Part shown: in pieces, positions 49,464 through 60,721 of the stretch | Layout of the letters: the number at the start of each line of letters is the position of its first letter | How positions within the stretch are numbered: the stretch's first letter is position 1 | From: Chlorokybus atmophyticus | Lineage: Eukaryota; Plantae; Mesostigma and Chlorokybus algae | Length of the DNA stretch: 64,000 bases | Direction of reading: 5' to 3' | NCBI GenBank assembly: GCA_009103225.1 | Contig: RHPI01002368.1 | Location: 649,397 to 713,396 of the forward strand | Position numbers and translations under genes: made by a program | Notes under the pieces: model-generated | The model's database searches: none | What the model was told of the DNA's origin: nothing | Seen by the model: only the letters and a program-made list of their open reading frames with translations

Positions 49464-52400
49464 TGTTGAGTCATTCCTACATACGATCAGCATCGACCCT
49501 CCACACAGGAGTAGAAGGTCGTAAGGACGAGCACTAGGTCCGGACTTAGCAAGATGGCGTCGTCGGACCAGACTCCGGATTTCAGACTGGAGCCTTACTA
49601 ACTGCTTTGTATCTCCGCGTATACTTACTCATGTTGGGCGTGTAAGAGCTTGTTAAAAAGCTCTGGTTGTAAGAAAGACAACGCAGCTTAGAGCGCGTCA
49701 AAAGGCTGAGTATAGCTTACGCAGTGCTTGCAAACGTAGACGTGTGTGTAACTGGCTGGTATAAGAACCAGCGGACAACTTGTAATAGATGAATGTGATG
49801 TGACTTGTGTATGCTCTGGTGGCGGTAGCTCTGTCTCTGTGTGTCTATGCTTGCCTCAATCACATGTGCATGCTAGTCCTTTAATAGGTTATGGGCCCAC
49901 ACTACGCTTGTGGAGTGTGAGACTAGCTTGAGTGCATAGTAGTTCTACACTACGGTAGCTTGGTAGCAGAGCCTTGGGTGTCAACTGCAAGTGAAGGCAG
50001 GCACGACAAAGATGGAGGCGACCTACGACAAGGGGCAAATTGCAAAGCTGGATACCGACAACTACAACACATGGTGCGTGGAGATGAAGGTCTTGCTCAT
50101 CCACAAGAAGGTGTGGAAGTATGTTTATCCGAAGGCACCACCACCAACACCAGGAGCGAACACTGTGTGGTCAGAGCATTCAGCAAAAGCACACTTTTTG
50201 CTTGTGTTGAACAGCAAACCGCATCACTTTCCCATGCTCACTGCATGTGAAGATGGTAGACAAGCTTGGGAAAAGCTATCAGCCGTTTTCAGAGCCAAGA
50301 ACAATGCCAGAAAGTTGCATCTACGCAAGCAGCTCAGCGCACTCAGGAAGGAGGCAGCAGAACCCATCACAAAGTATGTTGCGCGCGCGAGAGAGCTGTG
50401 GGCGGACCTCATCAACGTCGGCCACAACATGGGGGAGACGGAGGTAGTGCTGGCCATTGTTGCAGGGCTACCAGCAGAGTACGAGGTCGTCGCAACCCAG
50501 CTGGAGACGTCATCATCGGAGTTGACGTTAGACGATGTGCTACCGAAGCTGCTCACCGTGGAGCAGAGGGTTGTGAAGAAGGACGAGCAAGCGGATGTTG
50601 TCGCCTTCTACACCGGCAAGCACGCAAAGAAGAGCAACCATGAAGAGAAGTACAAGGGCAACAAGCCAGGCAATCCTCGTCGCAAAGACCTCACATGCCA
50701 CTGGTGTGGTTGGAAGGGGCACATTGTGAAGGACTGTAGGAAGAAACAACAGGGGAAACCTAAAGCAAGCACCAGCAACACTGGCAACGAGCACCAGCAC
50801 AAGGAGAAACATGTCGCCTTCACTGCATCCAGGTCGAGGGCGGGCACAGCTTTCTGAGGGGTGGACTCTGGCTGCGATCGTCATCTCACATCAAACAAAG
50901 AGGTGATAGAGGGCTACAGGAAGCTGACGTCCACAATGTGGCGGGCTTCGGTGGTGAAGTACTGGTGGCTGAGAGAGTTGGCAATGTGCGACTTCTGTGC
51001 AAGGTTGGTAACACACAGCGAGATGTGTTGTTACGAGACGTCCTGCATGTTCCGAAGGCTTTTGCGAGTTTGTTCTCTGTAAGAGTTACTGAGCACTTGG
51101 GAGTCGGGATAGTGTGCCGGAAGGGTGGCTGCACAGTTATCTTTGATGGGGTCGTGCACATGGTTGGAATCACTGATCCGGGAGGGCTCTACCATGTGGA
51201 GCAGCACTCTCAGGACATTGACATTCAAGCCATGGTGGTGAAGGACAAGGAGTTGCCAACATTGTGGCATCGAAGGTTCGGGCATCTCAGCTACATCAAC
51301 CTCACTCGCCTTGTCGCTGACAAGATGGTTAAGGGCATTCCATCGCAATACATAAAACTTAAGAATGCATCAGGTGCACTTTGTGAACCATGCCTGGTTG
51401 CAAAGCAGCATGCTATGCCATTCCCATCATCCTCGTCTTGCGGTCAGCATCCTTGCGAGCTTGTGCACATGGATGTCTGTGGCCCTATGCGCATTGTGGC
51501 GAAGGGAGGGTCCAGGTACTTTGCTACATTCCTCGATGACTACAGCAAGCTATCCGTCATCTTTCCATTGACATTAAAGTCAGAAGTTGCTGGAGATGTG
51601 CGCACGGTTGTGGCCTTGTTGGAGACCCAGTCCAGCAACAAGATGAAGGCAATGAGGAGTGCTCGAGGAGGGGAGTACATTAACAAGGAGTTGAACGAGT
51701 TCTTTGCCAGCAAGGGCATACGCTACGAGACAACGGCACCCTACACCCCGCAGCAGAAATGGAGCAGCTGAACGCCTCAGCAGGACACTCTTGGAGCGTG
51801 TTTGAGCCATGCTCAACGACACAAAAATGGAAGACAATTTGTGGAAGGAGGCGGTATTCACTGCCAACTACATCCGCAACAGGTCTTCGGTGAGCTCAGA
51901 GCAGAAGACTCCGTGGGAGCACTTCTATGGAGTCACACCAGATGTGAGTGGTATGCGTGTGTTTGGATGCACGGCATATGCACTAGCGCCTGAACAGCTT
52001 AGGCACAAGTTGGAACCAGTCAGCAAGAAGGGCATCTTCGTTGGCTACGAGCCGGGTTCAAAGGCTTACAGGATCTTGCTGGAAGACACTCAGAAGATCA
52101 TCGTGAGCAGAGAGGTGGCTTTCCATGAGGGATTATCACAACCAGAAGCAGGCTTCTGTTCGGGAGATGACGATGAAGTACAGCCACAGGAGCATCATAA
52201 GACAGTGGAGGCTGAGGGCGAGGCAGTCATCAACAACAAGGGCTAGCGAGACTCGGCTGTAGCAGGCCAGGAGAAGCCGCACCTACAGCAGGAGCACGCA
52301 GCTCGAAGATACCCAGTGAGGGAGAGAAAGGCACCTGACTTCTTACACAAGGCACACGTCGCCAGTGTGCACAATGAGGAGCCAAGCACCTACGATGAGG

Positions 52401-54352
52401 CATTGTTAGCACTAGATGCGGAGCAATGGCAGCGTGCTATAAATGAGGAGATCGCGTCACTCCATGCCAACAACACTTGGTCACTCAAGCAGTTACCGCA
52501 AGGAGTGAAGACCATTCCAGTGAAATGGGTCTTCAAGGTGAAGCGTGATGGTCGGGGCAACATTGAGCGCTACAAGGCAAGACTGGTGGCAAAGGGATTA
52601 TTGCAGCAGGAAGGTGTGGACTTCAACGAAGTGTTTGCACCTGCAAGTAAGCATACCACCTTCCGTGCACTGCTAGTTGTGGTTGCTGCTGCGGACCTCA
52701 AGCTGCATCACCTCGATGTGAAGACTGCCTTCCTCTACGGAGAGCTGGAGGAGGAGATCTTTATTGAGCAACCACCTGGATATGAAGAGGGGGAGAGAGG
52801 CACAGCGTGCAAGCTGAGCAAGGCTGTACGGGCTGCGACAGTCACCGCGTATGTGGCACATCAAGCTCACCAAAAAGCTGGAGGCACTTGGCTTCACCGC
52901 ATCCTCTGTAGACCCTGGGCTCTTCTTCCATGTAGACAACAAGGTCTGGTGCTCATGTATGTGGATGATATTCTCATTACCGCCAGGCAGGTGCACCACC
53001 TGCAGGAGACGAAACTTGCTCTACAGCAAGCATTCTCAGTTCGTGATCTTGGAGAGGCCAAGTGGTTCCTTGGCATGGTGATTGAGCGCGACAGGGCTGC
53101 TCACGATCAAGATCAGTCAGGAGCAGACTCTGAGCAGACTCGTCACCAAGTTCGGGTTCACTGATGCAGAGACCAAGACCACACCGCTGGCACTTGGCAC
53201 TGCCCTCATCAAGGCAAAGGATGAGGAGGTACTCGATAAGGCTCAGTATCCATATGGTGAGCTGGTAGGCAGCATGCTCTATTTGGCAGTGTGCACACGT
53301 CCCAATGTTGCACATGCTGTGGGAGTACATGCTTACTACATGTCTGCACCGAGCATGGAGCACTAGAGAGCAGCAAAGGGAGTACTACGCTATGTTGCTG
53401 GGGGCGCAACAGTTGGCATCAAGTATGGGAGCGGGAGCACTGAGTTGGAGGGCTACTGCAACTCGGACTTTGCTGGTGACCTCGACAGCAGGAGGTCCAC
53501 TACAGGCTACATCTTAAAGATGAACGGAGGCGTGGTGAGCTAGAATAGCAGGCTGCAGCCAACAACATCAGCATCTACATCAGAGGCTGAATACATGGCA
53601 GCGGCAGCAGCAGTGAAGGAGGCACTCTGACTTCGCAAGCTCACGGCAGACTTGGAGCACCCCATGGCGTGCATCGTCATCAACTGTGACAACCAAGGAG
53701 CCATCAAGTTGTCGAAGCACCCTATTGCCTCGATAAGGACGAAGCACATTGATGTCATGCATCACTTTGTGCGTGACAGAGTCACAAGGAAGGAGGTGGA
53801 GTTCCAGTACTGCAACACCGAGGGCATGCTAGCGGACTTCATGACAAAGCCATTGTCACCGCTCAAGTTCAAGACTTGTTGCGCAGGACTTGGCATCTGT
53901 GTTTGACTACAGAAGCAAGCGTTGGAGTGTTGAGAGTCATTCCTACATACAATCAGCATCGACCCTCCACACAGGAGTGGAAGGTCGTAAGGACGAGCAC
54001 TAGGTCCGGACTTGACAAGATGGCGTCGTCGGACCAGACTCCGGACTCCAGACTGAAGCCTTACTAACTGCTTTGTATCTCCGCGTATACTTACTCATAT
54101 TAGACGTGTAAGAGCTTGTTGGAAAGCTCTGGTTGTAAGGAAGACAATGCAGCTTAGAGCGCGTCAAAAGGCTGAGTATAGCTTACGCAGTGCTTGCAAA
54201 CGTAGACGTGTGTGTAACTGGCTGGTATAAGAACCAGCGGACAACTTGTTATAGATGAATGTGATGTGACTTGTGTATGCTCTGGTGGCGGTAGCTCTGT
54301 CTCTGTGTGTCTATGCTTGCCTCAGCTACATGTGCATGCTAGTCCTTCAACA
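49464..54352 (+). mobile_element. Full-length Ty1/copia retrotransposon (family 3), degenerate
   Basis: LTRs 49464-49886 and 53928-54352; TSD CTTTT (49459-49463, 54353-54357); PBS GGTTATGGGCCC at 49887; gag with CHWCGWKGHIVKDC; PR VDSGCDRH; LWHRRFGH; HMDVCGP; KWVFKVKRD; MYVDDIL; CDNQGA. Confidence 0.98.
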
Positions 54353-54869
54353 CTTTTTCCTGCTGTTGCCACAACTTCATTTGGTATCCAGCTGCCATTA
54401 AAGAAAAGTAGTTCGTGTGCATTAAGTTTGGTATTGTTTCTCTTAATCTAAATTTGGCCACATCATGTACTAATTTCTGGTTAGATTATGTATTAAGGGG
54501 ATTAATCCCAATGCGTGATCCAACCGGATGTGTTATAGCCGCAGTTTGTGGCCAAAACCAAAAAGTCACAATGTAGGGGAGCTTGCAGCTTCATCACCGA
54601 TTTTGCACGGATGAACCTGTTGCGATATCAAGCCACAACCTACGACCTAAATGTTGACCGATTGGACTACGACGACACGAGACACCCTGCAACGCGTTTG
54701 TAAAGGTTATACCTTTACAGCGGCTGCCTCAATGATCTCACGTGCCGCAGTGCATGCATGCCAAGTTTATTGCATTCATGTATTACCGGTACGCAATGCA
54801 TGTACCAACACCTGCATACAACAGCACTAGGCTACCCTAATCGGTAAACAATACATATAGGTGTAAAAA

Positions 54870-55080
54870 TATGTATGTATATATATTATAGGTTGTAATA
54901 TACTATGCTTATATATATATAACTCATGTATATATATATATATTATTATAACTCATGTATATATATATTGTGTGTAAAGACACAATAGTGTATCATAATC
55001 AGAAATATTAATACATATATAACAACATAATATGGGACATGTTATATATATACATGTACATGTATATGTGCTATATATAA
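54870..55080. repeat. (AT)n-rich low-complexity tract
   Basis: Runs of TATATA and CATGTATAT. Confidence 0.85.
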
Positions 55081-56214
55081 TCATGCATCCTAAACCCATA
55101 TAGACACCTAGATTAGCAGCTAGGCACCGGCAGGTGGGTTTTAGACAAGTTGTCCACTTGCGGGTGGCCTGGGGACTCAAACCTAGTTTAGCGGCGCCAA
55201 GTATCCAATCATAGCGTTGATTGTAGGGCAAGCTGTTGCCATGAACTCCCTTTGTCACCTACCAAGTCGCGCCGATGCGTTTTTGCTGCGTGATCATCGA
55301 TACCATTACTAAGGTAGGCCGCGGGTACTTGAAACGGCGATGTATTGATGATGAGCTGCACATGATTGAGACAATTGTAATATTGCGATGTAACGACCGA
55401 TGTTATACCTTTGAAATGGCTAGATGCATGCGTTATTAACGGAACCAACCAAACACGTGACAAAGATTCGTACCGGCTATCTTTCCAACCCAAATGCATT
55501 GTACTGTAAGCACAATGTTCCCACCGGCGTTATGGAAGTGGTCAACATTTGCATAAGCATTTTGTACAGGTTTTTGTCATGACCGTGTTTGTTGACAATT
55601 GTAACGCCCGGTCCCCAACATGGTTAGAGATCTGGTACGTAGTATGCGACTGGCTAATGGCCGTTTGTGACAGGCAATAACACATACAGGGATCAAACTA
55701 TAAGTTAATAAGGGATCTTGCGAATCCCTAACGACATTCGCGCTGGATCTGTAATAAAGTTAGGGATCCGGCCAGACTTACCGAAACCCACTTCTACCGG
55801 TAACGTAGGTGTGTAAGGTCTCAACTACGTGACGTGTGTGTGCCTGGGGCTTGAGCTAAGTGGAGAGGGCGGTGGTCAACCTCTCCTCCCTTGGTCACCG
55901 ACAATGCTTGATACGCCTATAAAGCAAGGCTCAAAAGGAATTACTTTAGGTAGTAAGTCAAAATTCCGCTTCATGAGCGTGTGTAGTGCTTGTGAAGCGT
56001 GCTTATGCACGGTCTGCCCTTGAGCCCATGCGGCCTCGGGCATGATAAACTACACAAGGCACGAGTGAGCTAGCACAGATGCTCAGTGCTAAGCATGGCA
56101 TGTCGCACAATCCGAGGGGACACTCTTGGTGCGATGTTAATGAAAGCTTGTATAAATTTCAACTTATTTTTTTAACTCATCGAACACTTGGAGGCCTTCT
56201 TGATACTGAGTTGT

Positions 56215-56391
56215 GGAAACTCCATTAACTCTCACGTCTGCTAGCACATTTCATGATTTATTGAGTACATCACGGCCTCCAGTAGTTATTGAGTCATAGG
56301 AACTCCATTAGCTCCCACATCTGCTAGCATAGTATCGGTCCTCTGCTTCAAGGCGGCAGGATATGGGAGTTCTATTAACTCCACGCTAGCG
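56215..56391 (+). repeat. Three imperfect about 30-bp direct repeats (GGAACTCCATTA.CTC.CAC.TCTGCTAGC)
   Basis: Copies at 56215-56246, 56299-56329 and 56366-56391. Confidence 0.75.
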
Positions 56392-57399
56392 GCGCGCTCA
56401 TACAATAAAATGCGGCATGCAATGTGACCGCCGGAATTGATTTCTTGTCATGCGGATAGGAGGCCAATTGCACCGCAAAAACAATTCAACGCAAATGTTG
56501 CGGCCAAAACAATTATGTTCACATTTATTGCATCTTGCCGCGGCAGGCAATGCCGCTCCATACTTTGCACACATTACTGTCATTGCTTGCCATACGGCGT
56601 GGCCTAGTTCGCAGGGCGTTGAGCTCACAGCTCCGACGGCCGGCGTGCCAATCCACCTGCACGCGGCAAGCGTTCCATGCTTGAGTTTTTCAGCAATCTG
56701 CGCGCCAAACATGTTAATGCAACTAGCATAACTTGCAAAGTGCTTGCTAAGTGGTATTATAAAAGGAGGGGTGGACATAAATTTGCGCAGCGGATGGTTG
56801 CAGATGCTGTTTGCCAAGGGCAGCGTCCGCGTTTTCAGTAAAGTGCCCCATGCAAGTAAACCGCTCGGCAGGCGCGGACACGGACAGACATTTCATTCAG
56901 CCGCCTCCTATTTCACTCGCGGACTTCGAAAACACCAGCAGCCAGGCATCGAAAAGTTTTAAGGGGCTGGCCCGGCGCTTTCAGTCAACGCTTGACGCTG
57001 TCGTTGCTGCCTCCCGACAGCCGCCAACAGTGTGCTATTCAGATTGTACTAGTGATAGCGAATGCGAAAGCTTTGCTACCCATCAAAGCTTCCATGTTCA
57101 TCTCCATTTGTGCAATCTGCCAAGGCCGCCTCCCAGGCGAAGCTGAATGGCTACACGGCGATCGGATAGCTACGGTGGCGGCGGCGTCGGTGGCCGTTAT
57201 TTCAACTTCGCCTAGCCGCGCTTAGCGCCATGTGAGCAGTCACGTGTCCCCGGCGGTTGTAGCACATGAGCAATGCCGATGTTAGTGCTAGGTAGAGCCT
57301 CCTTTCCAGCCCTCACAATCGTAAAGGCGTTGTCATCTCGGCCGTCACATTCAAGGTGCGCTGCTTTTGATACTCACGTGCACTTAAAGGCTCGATCGC

Positions 57400-57730
57400 T
57401 CAGTCTTACACTCCACAAGCTCCCCCACACAAAGTCAGCCACATAATATCACTTCAACTCATGCATTTAGTCATATGCACAACCAGCCGCACACTCAAAG
57501 TCACACACAGTAGGTCACATTGTTAGACTCATACATCAGCTTACTCTGACTTCCATACTCAGTCATACACACAAACAGTCGCACACTCACATACTCGTTA
57601 CAACTAACACTCGCACAATTGTAGCTCGTTAGTCATATAAGTACTCACAATTGTACTCAGACACTCACATATCCATGCACACTCACACTCAGTCGCACAT
57701 GCACATTCTCATTCACACATGCATGCACAC
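57400..57730. repeat. CA/CACT-rich low-complexity tract (intron-like)
   Basis: Repeated CACACTC and CACATACTC words. Confidence 0.7.
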
Positions 57731-57789
57731 ATAAACTTAAATGATCATGCGCACGCAAGCAAGCATATACATGATACAACGGGTAGCAA

Positions 57790-58579
57790 ACAAATACCGT
57801 TGCTCATGCGGATTTCTCTCATACAAAATGGTAATAAGATTATTGCTGACAAAGCTGGTTCACGATGTGACAAGTCTTTCATACCATATTGCAGCCACCA
57901 CCATAAGTACAAGTGCTTTCTTGCAAATGATCCCAAATACGGTAACCCGCGTAAGACATCCACACCTGACAACCTCAGCGATGATGCTTGGCTGGCTTTA
58001 GTAACTCAATATCTACAATGGGTTCAACCCATAGTATTATATGAGCAAATTGCCCACAACATGCCAGGGCTGGAGTATTAATGAAAACCCTGGGCGCTAA
58101 TGAGTAGCATGTTTCGCTAGCAGACTGCTTGACAATCATTAATTGCAACACTACGATGATACTAGCTATTAACATTATAATGTTGCGTTGTACACGGAGA
58201 GCACCTTTGACGGCATGCATGCCTTTCAAGCGCACTACCAAAGTCAACAAGCATGAGTGCAAGGGCTTACCATCACCGACAACAACAAGGACAACATGAA
58301 GTTGCTGGCTTTTTTGGACGTATGTCATTATCAACCAAATGACAAACAAGAACAGTAAATGCCGACATCAACGGTCTCCGCATGTTGACCCTTATAACAA
58401 TGGGAGCAATGCTACATTTAGGGAAGAGCAATTGCGCGAAGAGCCTTGTGGCGCATGGTATGGCCGAAGCGATACGTGACTTTTTCATGGCGACATGGTT
58501 AAATGCATCAGGCGCTCAGACGAAGGGCGGGACACTTATCTGGGTTGATTATGCCCTTGAAAACATGTGCAAAGCATAA
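57790..58579 (+). pseudogene. Parvovirus Rep/NS1-like remnant (nuclease C-terminal half, linker, SF3 helicase Walker A/B)
   Basis: GNKIIAD..FIPY; LQWVQ; DDTSY*HYNVA; KLLAFLDVCHYQP; GKSNCAKSLVAHGMAEAI; TLIWVD; order and spacing match AAV2 Rep and MVM NS1 as recalled; Walker A Gly is replaced by Ala. Confidence 0.5.
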
Positions 58580-58953
58580 GTGTTGTACAACATTCAGTGA
58601 AGATGGACATATTAAACTATATCATTACAATGATAGTGTGTAGTGTTAGATACAATAATGATTAACTTACTTGTGGACAGGACCATTACCATGCATGATA
58701 TTGTATGGTTTCATGTGCGGCGGCAAGACTTTACTTTAAAATTCACATACTTGTTTTGCTGGCTTGATCTGCGCGCGTAACCTACTTAAGTGTCCACATG
58801 GTGCCTTGGCAAGGCATCTTGTGCAGCGGTTCATTGTAAACGCGGAACCCTTCTCCACTCCCATGCGCAAAAGAATGGAACCTCAGCAACTTTATGACCT
58901 GCTAATCAGGTGATCACTGAGCTTAGCTTAAGTGTCATGCTGGCAAGTCGTTG

Positions 58954-59562
58954 TGTTAAAGGTACTTTGCTAGGCGCCTTAGCTAAACTTCTACGATCAT
59001 TTTTACCTTGGTAGTTACGGTCAATTGCCATCATGGCAATCACGGTCCACTATGGTCAACGTTGACTTTGACTTTTGACTCTGACCATTGACTTTGACTT
59101 TGACTAGAGTTGACTAGTGTTGACTACCACTCACTAGTGTATTATTTATGACAATGTATGATGTGTGATATAGTAAGATCCACTCTGCTCTATTGTCAGC
59201 GCCACACTTGTGCTTGTCATTGTTGCTACTGTGCAATTTTAATAAGTCATGGGCCCCACACAGCGCTAGCATAGCAAGTACAAGTTAGTGTAGCTTGGGG
59301 AGGCGCTGTCTTCATTGCAGGCTAGCAAAGGAAGCATGGCAACCAGCTATGACAAGGTCAACATTGAGCCACTCGACAACTATGGGACATTGAGCATGCG
59401 GATGCAGATGATGCAGAAGCTAACTTCACTGCTCATAAGTGTCAGATCAAGGTGAACAACACTGTTGTTACAGAGGGCACACTGCGAGAGAGCTTGTACT
59501 GTATCGCACTGGATAAGCAGCATGTGTTGGCTGCGACAGTCACTGCATTGACTATAGCTCAT
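58954..59562 (+). mobile_element. Truncated copia family-2 copy (LTR 58954-59244, PBS 59245-59256, gag start, internal deletion)
   Basis: Homologous to 14819-15260, then jumps to the equivalent of about 16267-16405. Confidence 0.9.
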
Positions 59563-60610
59563 CTTTTTTCTTTTTATTATTTTTTGAACAACACTGACAT
59601 TTTAAAAAAAAAGGGAAAGAGTGCACGGCAAGAGTTGAAGGGTACATACTAGGCGGACAACAATGGAAGCCAGTAGCAAGCAAACACTAAGATCTGGCAG
59701 TAACAGTTAGCATGAAGAGTAAACGAGAGTCAAAGGAAATTGTGGCTATGCCACACAATTGCTGGAGGAGAGCTACTAGGGGGAACTGAGCACAGAACTC
59801 CGCCCATGCCCCAGCCGTCGCAAACGTCAGCCACAGCAAATGCACTAACACCATCACGGGCTGGCAGCGAGCAAGCCTGCAGCTAGTCCTCCCGCGCACG
59901 TCCATGTATAGAGGAGGAGAGCTTGCGGAGCAGCACCACCAGAGTGGGACTCTCTCCGCCATATTGCACTGAACAGCAAAAGCACCACAGCACTCAGATG
60001 GCAATGGATCTGATCGAGCCCTCCCCCCCCCCCCGTGACGAAGGTAGTGCAGCCCTGCCCACGCCAAAGAGAACAGCCGGAGGGGAGAGGCTAAGAGAGC
60101 CCCCCATCCTCGTAAACATTTGCGAGAGGCTGCTCCAGACCTGCTGTGCAAAAGGGCAATCACGAAAAAGATAAAGAGGCGTCTCGACGTCCTCCTCCCC
60201 GCAGCTCAAGCGGGAGGGGTCCACCATAGGGTCAATGTGGTGTAGCTTGTGCCTGGTATACAAGGCACCTTGCGCGAGCAGCCATAGAAGAATACGCTGC
60301 TTGCCCGGAGCCTGTAGCTTGTGAATAGCCTGCCAGATCCCGGGCCAGTGCATGCATGGCGCAACCCACTCCCACCTGACAGGGGCTGTCCTTTTCGATA
60401 AGAATGGAGTCCTGAGGGAGGTATAGCCGAGAGTGGGAGAGTACTCCCACAGAGAACCGGGGGATGTATTGCAGAGTAAAGACGGGGGTTGGCTGCCTAC
60501 CAGAAGCGAACTCCCCGCCTCTGCTGAAGAGTGGCGGAGTGAAGCGAAAAATCAGCCCGTCAAGGCAGGGTCCAAATGCAGATTCTGCAGGCGGGGATGC
60601 TAGTAGCCGT
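59563..60610 (-). mobile_element. 5'-truncated L1-like LINE 3' end (zf-RVT domain, A-rich tail)
   Basis: WQAIHKLQAP..LLWLL..L.TR..C..EDVETPLYLFRDCPFAQQVW; T-rich tract 59563-59585 is the A-rich tail on minus. Confidence 0.85.
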
Positions 60611-60652
60611 TAACTCGGCGAAAGGCAATTAGGGCATGTACAGTATCAGCCG

Positions 60653-60721
60653 TTATTTACAAGTCAATAGCAAACCTTGGTTCGCATAGCGAACCAAGGT
60701 TTGCTATTGACTTGTAAATAA
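60653..60721. repeat. Perfect 69-bp palindrome (33-bp arms, ATA loop)
   Basis: TTATTTACAAGTCAATAGCAAACCTTGGTTCGC-ATA-exact reverse complement. Confidence 0.97.

Noticed and set aside
57719-57775. HAH and HIH words at the start of ORF 57719..58081 as an HUH motif
   Set aside because: They are encoded by the CA-rich low-complexity tract and are too close to the GNK motif.
60639-60660. TA-CAGTA start of a Tc1/mariner element
   Set aside because: No matching inverted terminus found in the window.
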